A stretch of 64,000 nt of DNA from the human T2T-CHM13v2.0 reference genome, Homo sapiens. The translations under genes were made by a program, and so were the position numbers. Below the pieces are notes generated by a model, which had not been told where the DNA came from, did no database searches, and worked only from the letters and a program-made list of their open reading frames with translations. Numbering within the stretch: the stretch's first letter is position 1; the number at the start of each line of letters is the position of its first letter. The stretch is taken from NCBI RefSeq assembly GCF_009914755.1, contig NC_060936.1, one strand, 5' to 3'. This document shows, in pieces, positions 37,891-51,985 of the stretch.

Positions 37891-39703
37891 TTAGTGTTTT
37901 TGCCTTGCTGCCTGAACATTAATGTATTGCTGGTGGATGATATCAGAATGTGGCCTGGGGAGTAACCAATGGGGAACAGATGATCAGGAGGCTGCCTGCA
38001 ACATCAGAGGGTTGTGAGAGTCTGAGCTACAGTAGCACTGTTTACCTTCCAAGTCAGGAGGACATTTTTCAATTTTTAAAATTAAATTCAATGTCTCTGA
38101 TTTCCTGAAAAAGTGAAACTAACCATATTCAGATTTTTCCTGAGGAAAAAATCACTTAAAATATTGAAATTGTCTACTTTAAAAGTTTAAACATTGTAAA
38201 TCTAAGATTTTATTCAATAAATGTGAAAAATACTAAAAAATTATTGTTAATTGATTTTAGTTAAAGAAAAAGGTAAATAAACAAAAGTGAAGGAAAAGGG
38301 GTGAGTTAAAAGGAAATATATACTGAGAATAACAGATATGAGAGAGAAAGACAACGAATGAGATTATATATGTATAAGAAACTAGCACAGACTGGCACAT
38401 TTTATATGTGTAAATGTAGTTAAAGAAGCTCAATACATTCTTAGATGTATTTTAGCTTGCAAAGTTGAAAGTGAATAACTTTTGTAATATTGATCCCTCA
38501 GAGATCTTTTACCTGTTTGAAACCTTGACTATTTATAAATTCTACTCTTACTGTGATAGGCCAAAGAATCCGATATAGTGGATATTGCCACATTGTAAAA
38601 GCATTGATAATTTACTTATTGCCTCTATTTTCATTCACTCATTCATTCATTCATTCAACAGATATTCATTGAATATCTCCCATTTGCCATATACTATTCT
38701 AGGTGGTCCTGGTTTTTAAACAATACTCTGTGTGGTAGAGAGAAAACTTCAGGTGTGCAACCATATCCAAAATACTTTCTGATCTGTGATCTCATCAGCA
38801 ACCCATAGGGTACCATCTTCAAATAACAGATGATGAATCTGAGATTTAGGCCTACAGGTTGCAACTTGAACTTCTCAGCATCTGATCAGAGAAATATCAC
38901 TCCAAGACTGTGTAGACTCAAGCCAAGTGCTGGAATTGGTCTTCTATTTGCATATTCCCTACTCATATTCTAAGTTTTATCTAAATGAATAGTAATGACA
39001 TGTCTATTTTAATTAATTCTGTTCCTACCTTAATGTATCCATACACTTTGTTGCTTTTTAGCCAGAAGAAAATTATAAAAATTAGGCCAGGAGTAACAGT
39101 TAATTTTGGTGTAGTCCCTCAAAAATATGAAGGTCTAATAATGTGCTATCCCACAAATTCATTGGCAGCTTTGTTTTTTACTTGTCGGAAGTTCATTTCC
39201 AATTATCCTCAGACTGCTTCTCACTGATAGAAATCTGGTATCATAAAGTCTTTGGTACCAGTGGGGTTTATTTTCTACCCAACGTTGAGGAGCAAAATGC
39301 AATAATCACCTAAATATATGCTAAAATATTTAGGAGCACACAAAGTGAGAGATGCCTCTGGGGTTTAGCCGTAACCTGTGACTTCATCTGCTGGATCTCT
39401 CTGTTGATTGGATGTAGGTAATTAGGTGAACTCTCTTTCTGAACTCTTTAGAATCTTCCAACAGATTGGGCTGTTCTCTGTTTTCTATCTTCCACAAAGA
39501 GTTCTACATTGCTACAGCCTGGAGCTAATTCCTAAAGGTGCCCATGGCATTTGCAGACACAGAATTTTCAGCCTTCAAAGCTACTGTGGCTCTTAAATGG
39601 CTGACTTAAACTGCTGGATACCACAGAGACTCTGCAGGACTGAAAATTATCAATGGCTTTGATCATTTGCTGAGAATTTAAAATGAACTTATTACAGGGC
39701 CTG

Positions 39704-39749
39704 TTTAGACATTTTTTGAAATCTAATTTAGACATTTTTTGAAATTTAA
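39704..39749. repeat. 23-bp tandem duplication
   Basis: TTTAGACATTTTTTGAAATCTAA then TTTAGACATTTTTTGAAATTTAA (1 mismatch). Confidence 0.92.
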
Positions 39750-41284
39750 TGAATTGATTTATTGAAGAATACTTCACTGTTTCACATGTTGGTTTAAAGG
39801 ACTGTATACTTGCTTCCCTGGAACCGTGTATTCTAATCACCCAACTAATGATGTGACCTTTTGTTTTGCCTGCTTTCCTCGGGTGTTTTTTCACAGTTCA
39901 AGTACAAATATTGCCTGTATTTCAAATATAAAAATTATGGCTTCCTAATAAAATGCTAGGGACAGCCCGGAGAAGGCATAGCACTAAAATCCAAACCAGC
40001 CAATTCTGGGAAGTGGTCTTGTTTCACACCAATAAGTGAGAAAAGCAAGCATGACTTGCTCAGAAAAACAAGAATCATTAAAAGTGATATTGTTGATTGA
40101 AGGGCAGCAAAACTGCTTTTTATGCAAATAGATGGATTTGTAAGAACTAGGTTAGTTAAGGAGTAGATAGGCTGAATTTTGTTGTTGTGGTGAATACTGA
40201 AACTATCAGAAGAACAGTTCTTACCCCTCATCCAGAATAGAAGAAATAGGAAGATATATGAATGATTTTCAGTTTTTACATATGTTGACAGAATAGTTAT
40301 AATATAATATGATAGATATTACAAACTCAGAACACTGATACATATATTTTTTCAGGCTAACATCATCCTGTTTGCAAAATGGACAGATGCTGTTTATTTT
40401 TGCAAGTAGTCAACTAAGCTAATGTGAGTGCCAGCTTCTTCTTCGATGTTTCAGCTTTAAGAAAGTTGCATTAATGGAGGGCAATTATGGTAATTTGAAT
40501 TAGAAATGGAATTATGGTAATTGAAAACTTCTGCAGTGACAGGTATTTGCGAGAACCTGGTGTTCTGGTGCAGTTCAGAACTGCTATTAAACCCATGGTA
40601 ATTAGCATTTTCGCCCCTGAAATGGTTGAAAGAATACGGGAACATAAAACAAAATTTGACAGTATGAGAAGGGAACTGGCAACAATATCAAAACCTACAG
40701 TCAACACAAAGAAACACAAACACACGAATGGTCTTAGACTTTTTAAAAATAGAGAATCAGAAGAAAATCACAGCTTTGTGTAGGCCACTGGGGAGGGAAG
40801 CATTTGTGTTATAGGTCTGCAATATAGAGCCATTTGCAACAGAAAGATGAAGCAAAGAAAGCCATTCTTGTTTTCTGGCTTCATTTCCAAATCAATTGTT
40901 GCAGAGAGGTCCATAGGTCCCCACAACACAAAGCATTAGAAAGCTACAACAAAATTAGATGAATCACTCCACAATTATCATGTAGTCATTCAACAAATGT
41001 TTGTTGATTGCCTACTATGTGCTAGGCAATTTGTCAGGTGCTAGTGGTGTGATGAAGACTGGGTTCCTGCCCTCACAGAGATGCTGCAGTAGAGTAGAGT
41101 AAGAATTGACATCAATTTGGCCCACCTTAAAGATAGGAATATATCCTGTTACGTCTAAAGCTTATACTCTTAGCCTCTCTCATACTATAAAAGATGCTAT
41201 TTTTGCTCTTAATCTCTTAAGCTTTCTTTTTGTCTTTGTGATTTCTCCTGAGGTTTCTAAGGATAGTCAAAGAAGAGAGTGTCT

Positions 41285-41820
41285 ATAAATTAGTATATGC
41301 TTGGCTGCATATAACAGAATACCTGACTAAAAATATATATGCGACTTAACTAATATCACATAATAAGTAAGAAATTCTAGAGTTAGTATAGCAGGTCAAT
41401 GGTATCACTAACAACTAGGCTCCTACTGTTTCCGACTGCTATTTTCTCTATGGTGGCACTTTCTCTAGTGGTGACAAAATGGCTGTCAAAGCTTTAAGTT
41501 AATGTCTTTACACAACAATGTTTTAAACAAAACAAAACAAAACAAAACAAAAGGTGAAAGGAAAAAATACCTTCCCCCTCATTTCTAGGGGAGATATTTT
41601 CCCCCAAAATCACTAGGAGACTTCTCCTTATATTTGTGGAAACTGCGTTATATGTCTACTCTTAGAACTTTAATTGGTGAACTGGAATGGGATTGGCATG
41701 ACTGGTTTAGATAAATTGTTACTCATTGCCTGTGGCTGAGCACATTCCCTTTCTATGAAAATTGGGCTTTACTTAGCAGGAAAAGAGGGAAATGGCTTTG
41801 GTTACACAGGCATCTCTGTG
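41285..41820 (-). mobile_element. Old MLT1 LTR
   Basis: TTGGCTGCATATAACAGA...CAAAATGGCTG...AGACTTCTCCTTATA...CATGACTGGTTTAGA. Confidence 0.55.
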
Positions 41821-44800
41821 CAGTCAGAGATGATGGAAAAGTCTGTAGGTACTTTCCTTCGAATTATACATGTGTAATTTTTCCTCTTGGTTCAAATAAT
41901 TTTTGAAACATCTCTCTGTTAAAATGCAAATGCTTCTGGGAAAGCCATCACATCACGTTCCTAATGCCTCAGTCTGTTGGATACACTTTAATAAGAGAAA
42001 ATGGGACACTATCACTGGGAATCTGCAAGTTTAAGATGAGGTTAACAAAATAGGAAAACCATGTAGAAATGTGGGATTGGGAGTGCTGAGGACACATTTT
42101 CCCTATATAATAATTTTACTAAACTTTTGTGTAAAACTTGATTACTCCAAGCGAGGTCATGTATATTGACACCTTTTATCTGTAGAGTGCTTTATCCTGT
42201 GGGCATTTCATTCCTACAACAGTCAGGTGAGATAAGGCCTCCCTTTACAAGTGAGGAAGACAAGGTACAGAGAGTTTAAATAACATGTGGATTGAACCTG
42301 CTCAGGTCTGATGTCAAAATTCACCTTTTTTTTTTAATTGCCCCACATTTCTTCTCAAAGACCAGCATAGAAGGAAAGTCATTTGAATCTGAGGATATGG
42401 TTTATTAGAGTTTTCTGTCTGTTGTGAATTTCTTTGTTATTCAACGCTAATTTCTACATAACATACCTCTATCCCAGCCAGAGTACAAACACATTGGGGA
42501 AAAAATTTTAAACTTTATCGAATATCTTAGATTAAATAACACTAGGTTCTTTTGATAAGATATTAGGTAATTAATATTCTGACTCTAGGTGATGCCATGA
42601 TTGCTGTTCTACAATGATTTATTCCATATGAACTGTGGGTAGGAGATTTTACATTGAGCAGAGTTGTTTCAATATAGACAGAGGAAAGAAATAGTGATCT
42701 ATAACTCTAGCAGAAACTGTTGTTTTGTAAACGAGCCTAAATGGCCAAGTAAAGATTTGTGTTATTGTTTTAATGGGAGGAAATGATGAAAAATAGAGTA
42801 CAATTCCGATGTGCTCAAATGAGAACCATGCCCTATTAAGTTGGCAAGTACAAGTATGTCTCTTTTCCTGTCACTCTCAGGCAATCTATGTTTGTGAAAT
42901 GTGTCGTATAGACTCTAGTTCAGCAGAGGGTAATTGACCAAGTCAACTTCGCCAGTCGGTGCTTGTCATTACCAGCTATAATTCCATGTCCCCTGTGAGG
43001 AATCTGAGGTACACTTTAGTTACTGGAGTCCCTCTTTAAGAGAAAAAATGTTTTCTGGCTGTTGAACGTTAACTCATGTTTCAGATGTGATTGAAACAAC
43101 GCAGTAGTCCATTTCAGAGAGCAGGAACACTGGTTCTATTGATAATCTGATTTCCTTATCCTGATGATGTATGTTAGATACATGAGTTTGTGTGTATTTG
43201 ACAGCCCCTGGTGATAAAGGACTGTAAGCAAAAGGAGAATCTGTGTGTTAACTGTTTCTACTCAGTTTCTCATACTATTTAACAAGCAAACATACAAAAA
43301 GGCAAACCTTCCCTCAGTAGTTTAGAAAGGCTACTTATTTTCTTTATAAGTAGAAAGTGGAATGAAACAGCTCATTGTACTGGAAACAAAATCCCATTTG
43401 GGACTATGAAAGAACAATTTGACAATTATCTCCCTAGTTCTAAGGTCTGAGGGAGAGAAATGACAACATTTTATTATAAAGCACTTTTAATTGAAGTAAT
43501 TAGAAGCAAGAATGCTTGTTCAGGCTGAAAGATTGTCAGAAGGGAAATAGATTTCTGGTCCAGTTTGCTGATTTTGGAGGCTCTTGATGAACTTTTGTGA
43601 TAATAATTAACATAATACTTCTGAGGCATTTTTAGCCTTACCAAAAATTATTTTTCTCTGCCTCATTCTTCTTTCAGATGAAATAATAATGTTTAGCACT
43701 TAGCCGGCATCTTTCATTCAGATGGGTCCCCTGGTTCTTAAACAATTTTTCTCTCTCTACATGTGTGAATATGTGTCTACACAGAGTCATTTTAGCAATT
43801 GCCAAAATTTTCAGCAATCCCACTGGGTAGCACGTTGCAGCTGTTCAGTATTATCCAGCAAAGCTACAGTGTTTGGTTGGGGGAAAGGAGGTATAAAGAA
43901 AAAAAATTAAGAAAAAAAAAGTTTAAACTTGATGTTAATACCCTGGGAAGAATCTGGAAAGCAGAAATGTGTATATATACAAAAAGATTCGCTCATTATC
44001 TACCTACCCTTGCTTTAATATATGAGCCACGGAGTATCTGGGAGCCAGGAGGGGACTGTGAAGTGAGTTTTAAAATACCTTTGAAATATAGTACTGTCAG
44101 CAGCAGGGTTTCCTGATGCTGTACTAGGGCATCTGTTCAGCACTGACATAAAGCAATATATGCCACTTCATTGAATTAGCGATGTACTTTCTGTAGCATG
44201 CTGTGTATTTCTTAGAGGTCTCACTCAGGACTGGTCGTGTCTGCTGTCTAGGTTTTAGAAGCTGAAAAGTAACCGTGATTAGCCATTCAGATTTCATCTG
44301 AAAAGAAATAAAATCATTTAATTGCTTTAAAATATGTGTACACTCACAGCATTGGTGTAACTGGAATTTGAAAAGTGATGACTGCTTTCTCCAGTAAATA
44401 GTGTAGTACATGGCACACAGTAGGTACCACCTATTAAATGAGTAAATGAAAACATTGAATTCCTGATGATAATAGCCCTCATATTTATATGATGGTAATT
44501 ACTTTTCAACACACTTTCATAGATAATTTGATTTCATTGATATTTTACTGAATTTAATCTGATATGGTTAACATCGTAAGAATTCAATGTAAGAAATACA
44601 TCAGTAAGATGACTTACATTTCTCTTTGGCAAGCCATTAATCACACTCCTAGATGGATTAAACTTCTAAGTCCTGGCCTACTCACACTGCATTCTGTGAA
44701 AAACTGCCTGACTTAGAGGCTTTGTCTCCTGTGAAGCCCAATTTTTAGCCATGTGATCGTTTTACATTTTGTTGGCTTTCAAACCAGCTTCACAGGCCTA

Positions 44801-44919
44801 AGGTGAACCTCAGCAGTAGGGATCTCACCAAAGGGCAGCCATTACACAGGCTAGCCAGTAATGTATGACCTGTACCTTCATTTCCAAAGAGAAGTTGAAT
44901 CAGGCAGATTTTCTCTTAA

Positions 44920-45222
<303 letters not shown>

Positions 45223-45246
45223 TTCTCTTAAGAATTTGCAGTTAGT

Positions 45247-45374
45247 GGCTGGGTGCAGTGGCTCACACCTATAATCTCAGCACTTTAGGATGCCGAGGTG
45301 CATAGATCACTTGAGGTCAGGAGTTCGAGACCAGCCTGGCCAATATGGCGAAACCCTGTTTCTGCAAAAAATAC
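45247..45374 (+). mobile_element. AluS left arm only
   Basis: GGCTGGGTGCAGTGGCTCA...CTTGAGGTCAGGAGTTCGAGACCAGCCTGGCCAA...AAAAAATAC. Confidence 0.9.
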
Positions 45375-45500
45375 GTAGTTTTATAGAGATGGAGTCTCCC
45401 TATGTTTCTCCGATTGGTCTCGAACTCCTGAACTCAAGTGATCCTCCTGCCTCAGCCTCCCAAAGTACTGAAATTATAGGCATGAGCCACCGCACCCAAT
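45375..45500 (-). mobile_element. AluJ-type left arm only
   Basis: GTAGTTTTATAGAGATGG...CTCAAGTGATCCTCCTGCCTCAGCCTCCCAAAGT...GAGCCACCGCACCC. Confidence 0.88.
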
Positions 45501-45690
45501 TCCAACTCTTTAATTACATGATTGGTTCCTTTGGCAACCAGCCCCCATCCTGAGCTTTCTAGGGACCCACCAAGAGTCACCTTAGACTCACCCCTATTAT
45601 TTAGAAAATTCCAGGGGTTTGAAAAGCTTTGTGCCAGGAACCCAGGACTGAAACCAAATATATATTTCTTATTATATCATAATATCATGT
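45501..45690 (-). mobile_element. MER21-like LTR fragment
   Basis: GGCAACCAGCCCCCATCCTGAG...AAATTCCAGGGGTTT...GTGCCAGGAACC...ACCAAATATATATTTCTTATTATATCA. Confidence 0.7.
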
Positions 45691-46180
45691 AATTGATATT
45701 ATGTTATTGGGAAGAATAAACAAGCTATTACCTTGAAAGATGCTTTGAACTTTCTATATGACCTGGGTCCTTTTTTCTTATTCATCATAGTGCTTAGGTG
45801 CTACTCATTATATGGTTTACATCAGGTTCTTTGCACTCTAAGAGCTTATATTCCAACTCAGCTGGTTATTTGTTAAGGTTTTACCTTAGATTTTTTTTTC
45901 TTTTTTACCAGAATCTTCATTGGTTCTGTCAGTCTTTCTCTGGTTGGTTTTCTAGACAGGCCTACCTGCAGGTCTTGCATTCAGAGAAATTTGGGTCCAA
46001 GAGTGATATCCTCTTATTTCTGAGTTTAGGTTTATGCCAGGGGCTCCTGGATCTAACATTTTGGGGAATGAAAAAAAAAAAGGCATGCTGGGTAGACAAC
46101 CCAGTCAGCCAGTCTTATCAAACTCTGTCAAACATTCCTGTCTAAATATTTCACGGGCACCTCAAGAGCATTCGAAAATA

Positions 46181-46610
46181 CAGCTGATCCTGCAACAACT
46201 GAGGTGTTAGATGTGTCCACCCCTGTGCAGCTGAAAATCCATGTATAACTTTTGACTCTAAAATACTTAACTGCTAATAGCCTACTGTTGTCAGGAAGCC
46301 TTACCAATAACAATCAGTTGATCAACATATATTTTCTATGTTATAAATATTATATACCATATTCTTAAAGTAAGTACAGAAAAGGAAATGTTATTAGGGA
46401 AAATCATAAGGAAAATAAAATATATTTACTATTCCATTAAGTGGAAGTAGATTATCACAAAGGTCTTCACCTTTATATTGTCTTCGCATTGAGTAGGTGG
46501 AGGAGAAGGAAGAAGAGGGCTTGGGCTTGCTGTCAAAGGGAAGGGAGAAGTGGAAGAAAATCCATGTATAAGTGGACCTTCACGGTTCAGGGGTGTTTAA
46601 GGGTCAACTG
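46181..46610 (-). mobile_element. Tigger2a-like Tc1/mariner deletion derivative
   Basis: TIRs CAGCTGATCCTG... / ...AAGGGTCAACTG, TA on the left. Internal GAAAATCCATGTATAACTTTTGACTC and TAATAGCCTACTGTTG. Confidence 0.88.
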
Positions 46611-46746
46611 TGTGTGCAGTGGTTTGGAGGTGAGATGGAAGAAGGCTTATAGATCAAATGTGGGGACCCATAAATAGTACAGGATGTGCAGAGAGTAAAG
46701 AATGTGAGGAGTAAGGAGGAGAACAGAGGCTAAAATGTTTGTTTCT

Positions 46747-46853
46747 GTGGTAATTTGTTCCCTGACAATTTAACTAAACTGGAACTGTGTTCCTTAGTAT
46801 TATTTTCATGGTATGGTTCCTGCAAGGTTTGGGTTAACTACAAGATAAATTTA
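46747..46853 (+). mobile_element. Old ERVL-type LTR, 5' part (continues at ~53752-54251)
   Basis: TGTGGTAAT...CTGGAACT... resumes after the L1 TSD as AGAGAAATTTAACTGAGATTTGGAAGGTGGAAG and ends AACCCTAACTGACA. Confidence 0.55.
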
Positions 46854-47774
46854 TTATTTTATTTAAAAAAATTTCTTATTTTAAAATTTTGTGGGTATAT
46901 AGCAGGTACATATATTAATGGGGTATATGAGATATTTTGATACAGGCATACAATGTGTAATAATCACCTCAGGGTAAATGGGGTATCCATCTATCCTTTC
47001 TTTGTGTTGCAAACAATCCAGTTATACTCTTTAAGTTATTTTAAAATGTACAGTTATTTTTGACTATACTCTCCATGTTGTGCTATCAAATACTAGATCT
47101 TATTTATTCTATCTAACTATATTTTTGTACCCCTTACCATTCCTTCTTCCCCCACCCCCCTCCCACTATTCTACTCTATCTCCATGAGTTCAATTGTTTT
47201 AATTTTTAGCTTCCGCATGTGAAGTTTGTCTTTCTGTGCCTGGCTTATTTCACTTAACATAATGACCTCTAGTTCCGTCCATGTTGTTGCAAATAACAGG
47301 ATCTTATTCTTTTTTATGGCTGAATTGTGCTCCATTGCATATAAGTACCACACTTTGTTTATCCATTTATTTGTTGATAAGATGCTTAGGTTGCTTCCAA
47401 ATCTTGGCTATTGTGAATAGTGCTACAATAAACACAAGAGTTCAGATATCTCTTTGATATACTGATTTCCTTTCTTTTGAGCATATTCCTAACAGTGAGA
47501 TTGCCGAATCATATGGTAGCTCTATTTTTAGTTCTTTGAGAAATCTCCAAAATGTTTTCCCCAGTGGTTGTACTAATTTATATTCCCACCAACAGTGTAC
47601 AATGGTTCCCTTTCCTCCACATCCTCACTAGCATTTATTATTATGTGTCTTTTGTATAAAAGACATTTTACCTGAGGTGAGATGATGTCTGGTAGTTTTG
47701 GTTTGCATTTCTCTGATAATCAATGATGTTGAACACCTTTTCATACACTTGTTTGCCATTTATATGTCTTTTTT

Positions 47775-48809
47775 AAAAAAATTTTACTTCAAGTTCTAGG
47801 ATACATGTGCAGAATGTGCAGGTTTGTTACATAGGTATACATGTGCCATAGTGGTTTGCTGCACCTATCAACCTGTCATCTAGGTTTTAAGCTCTGCATG
47901 CATTAGGTATTTGTCCTAATGCACTCCCTCCCTTTCCCCCACTTACCCTCTGACAGGCCCCAGTGTGTGATGTTCCCCTTTCTGTGTCCATGTGTTCTCA
48001 TTGTTAACTCCCACTTATGAGTGAGAACATTTGGTGTTTGGTTTTCTGTTACTGTGTTAGTTTGCTGAGAATGATGGTTTCCAGCTTCATCCATGTCCCT
48101 GCAAAGGGCATGAACTCATTCATTTTTATGGCTGCATAGTATTCCATGGTGTATATGTGCCACATTTTCTTTATCAAGTCTATCATTGATGGACATTTGG
48201 GTTGGTTCCAAGTCTTTGCTATTATAAATAGTGCTAAAATAAACATATGTGTGCATGTGTCTTTATAGTAGAATGATTTATAATCTTTTGGGTATATACA
48301 CAGTAATGGGATTGCTGGGTCAAATGGTATTTCTGGTTCTAGATACTTGAGGAATCACCACACTGCCTTTCACAATGGTTGAACTAATTTACACTCCCAC
48401 TAACAATGTAAAAGCATTCCTATTTCTCCATATCTTCCCCAGCATCTGTTGTTTCCTGACTTTATAATGATTGACATTCTAATTGGCATGAGATGGTATC
48501 TCATTGTGGTTTTGATTTGCATTTCTCTAATGACCAGTGATGATGAGATTTTTTTCATATATTTGTTGGCCACATAAATGTCTTCTTTTGAGAAGTGTCT
48601 GTTCATACCTTTCGGCCACTTTTTGATGGGGTTGTTTTTTCTTGTAAATTTATTTAAGTTCCTTGCAGTTTCTGGATTTTGCCAACATTTTTTCCCATTC
48701 TCTAGGTTGCCTGTTCACTCTGATGATAGTTTCTTTAGCTGTGCAGAAGCTCTTTAGTTTACCTAGATCCCATTTATCAATTTTGACTTTTGTTGCAATT
48801 GCTTTTGGT
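47775..48809 (-). mobile_element. 5'-truncated L1PA8-like element nested in the L1MA
   Basis: New 3' end AAGTTCTAGGATACATGTGCAG with TAGGTTTTAAGC..GCATGCATTAGG. Host resumes at TGCCTTCTTTTGAGAAATGTC. Degenerate TSD TGTCTTTTTT/TGCCTTCTTT. Confidence 0.88.
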
Positions 48810-51800
48810 GTGCCTTCTTTTGAGAAATGTCTGTTTGGATATTTTGCCCATTTTTAGATTGGATTATTAGACTTTCCTGCAGAGTTATTTGTGCTTTTTA
48901 AAATATTCTGGTTATTAATCCCCTGTCTGATGGATAGTTTGCAATTTTTTTCTCCCATTCTGTGGGTTGTCTCTTCTCTGTGTTGTTTTCTTTGCTGTGC
49001 AGAAGGTTTTTAGCTGAACGTAATCCCATTTTTCCATTTTTTCATTGGTTGCCTGTGCTTGTAAAGAAGTCTTTGCCCAGTCCAATGTCCTAGAAAGTTT
49101 CTCTAGTGTTTTCTTTTAGTAGTTTTATAGTTTTAGGTCTTAGAGTTAGGTTTTTAATCCATTTTGATTTGTTTTTTTATATGGTGAGAGATAAAGGTCT
49201 AGTTTCATTCTTCAGCATATCAATATCCAGTTTTCCCAGTACCATTTATTGAAGAGGCTGCCCTTTCTCTGATGTATGCTTTTGGCACCTTTGTTGAAAA
49301 TGAGTTCCTTGTAGATGTTTGAATTTATTTCTGGATTCTCTATTCTGTTCTATTGGTCTATGTGTCTGATTTTATGCCAGCACCATGCTGTTTTGACTAC
49401 TACAGTTCTGTAGCATAATTTGAAGTTGGATAATGCGATTCCTCCAGTTTTGTTATTTTTGTTCAGGATAGCTTGGTCTATTCTGGGTCTTTTGTTGTTC
49501 TGTATAAATTTTAGGATTGTTTTCGCTATTTCTGTGAAGAATGTCATTGGTATTTTGATAGGGATTGCATTGACTCTGTAGACTGCTTTAGATAATATGG
49601 ACATTTTAATAATATTTATTCTTGTAATCTGTGAACATGAACTATCATTTCATTTATTGTGTCCTCTTTAATTTCTTTCACCAATATTTTATAGTTTTCA
49701 TGTAGAGATATTTTACTTCTTTTGTTAATTCCTAGGTATTTTATTTTACTTGTAGCTATTGTAAATGAAACTATTTCTTGGTTTTTTTTTTTCAGATTGT
49801 TCACTGCTGGAATATAGAAATGCTGCTGACTTTAGTACGTTGATTTTGTACCCTGCAACTTTACTGCATTTTTTTTTCAGTTCTAATGGTTTTCTTGTGG
49901 AGTTTTTAAGTTTTTCCAAATATAAGATCGTATCATCTGTAAACGAGGATAATTGACTTTTTCCTTTCCAATTTGGATATCCTTTCTTTCTGTTTTCTGA
50001 TTACTCTAGCTAGGACTTCTAGTACTATGTTTAGTAACAGTGGTGAAAGTGGGCATCCTTGTCTTGTCCCAGATCTGGGAAGATTTTCCCCATTCAATAT
50101 AATACTAGCTGTATCATATATGACTTTTATTGTGTTGAGGTATGTTCCTTCTATACCCAGTTTTATGAGTTTTTTTTTAAATCATGAAGGGATGTTTAAT
50201 TTTATCAAATGATTTTTCAGCATTATTTGAAATGATCATATAGTTTTTGTCCTTCATTCTGTTGATACAATATATCACCTTGTTTGATTTACATATGTTG
50301 AACCATTCTTGCATCCCAGGGATAAATCCCACTTGATTATGATGAATAATCTTTTTAGTGTGTTGTTGAATTAGATTTGCTTGTATTTTGTTGAGGACTT
50401 TTGCATCAGTATTCATCAGGGATATTGGCCAGTAGCTCTTTGTTGCTGTGTCTTTGTCTGTTTTTGGTATCAGGGTAATACTGGCACTGTAGAATAAGTT
50501 TGGCAGTATTGCCTCCTTTTCTACTTTTTGGAATGGTTTGAGTAGGATTGGTCTTAGTTCTTCTTTTATGTTTGGTAAAATCCATCAGTGGAGGCACAGG
50601 GTTCCAAGCTTTCCTTTGCTGGGAGACTTTTTATTATGGCTTTGCTCTTGTTACTCGTTACTGGTCTGTTCAGGTTTTGGATTTTTTCATGGTTCAGTTT
50701 CAGTAGGTTGTATGTGTCTAGAAATCCATTTCTTCTAGGTTTTCTGACTTACTGGCATATAGTTGCTCATAGTAGCCTCTAATAATTCTTTGATTTGCTG
50801 TGGTATCAGTTGTAATGTCTCATTTTTTGTCTCTGATTTTATTTATTTGGGTCTTTTCTCTTTTTTCTTAGTCTGGCTAAAGGTTTGTTGATTTTGTTTA
50901 TCTTTTAAAAAAACCAGCTTTTTGATGTGTTGATCTTTTGTATTGTTTTACTCATTTCAATTTCATTTATTTCTGTTCTGATCTTTATTTATTTTTTCTA
51001 CTAATTTTGGCTTTAGTTTGCTCTTGCTTTACTAGTTCCTTTAGATACACCATTAGGTTATCTATTTGAAATTTTTCTTCTGTTATGACATAGGCACTTA
51101 CGACTTTAAATTTCCCTCTTAGTACTGCTTTTGCCGTATCCCATATGTTTTGGTATGTTGTGTTTTCATTATCATTTGTTTCAAGAAATTTTTCAATTTC
51201 CTTAATTTCTTCATTTACTCACTGGTCACTCAGGAGCATATTATTTAATTTCCATGTGTTTGTATTATTTCCAAAAATTCCTCTTGTTATCGATTTCTAG
51301 CATTATTACATTTTGGTCATAGAAGATGCTTTATACTATTTCAATTTTTTGAATGTTTTAAAACTTGTTTTGTGGCCTAACATATGGTCTATCTTTGAGA
51401 ATTATCCATGTGCTGAGGAGAAGAATGTATATTCTGCAACTGTTGGATGATATGTTTTGTAAATATCTATCAGGTCCGTTTGTTTTATAGTGCCGATTAA
51501 GTCCAACGTTTCTTCATTTTCTATTTGGACAATTTGCTCAGTACAGAAAGTGAAGTGTTGAAGTTTCTAGCTATTATTGTATTGGGGTCTATCTCTCTCT
51601 TTAAGTCTAATAATATTTGCTTTATATATCTGGGTGCTCCACTGTTGGGTACATATATATTTACAATTGTTACATCCTCTTGCTGAATTGACTCCTTAAT
51701 CATTATATAATAAGCTTGTCTCTTTTGACAGTTTTGTCATGAAATCTATTTTATCTAAGTATAGCTACTTCTACTCCTTTTTGGTTTCCATTGTCATGGA

Positions 51801-51985
51801 ATATGTTTTTCCATCCTTTTATTTTCAGTTTATGTGTGTCTTTATAGGTGAAGTGTGTTTCTTGTAGGCAACAAATCATTGGGCCTTTTATTTTATTCAT
51901 TCAGCCACTCTATGTCTTTTGACTGGAGAGCTTAGTCCATTTACATTCAATGCTATTATTGATAAAGTAAGGACTTTCTCTTCTC

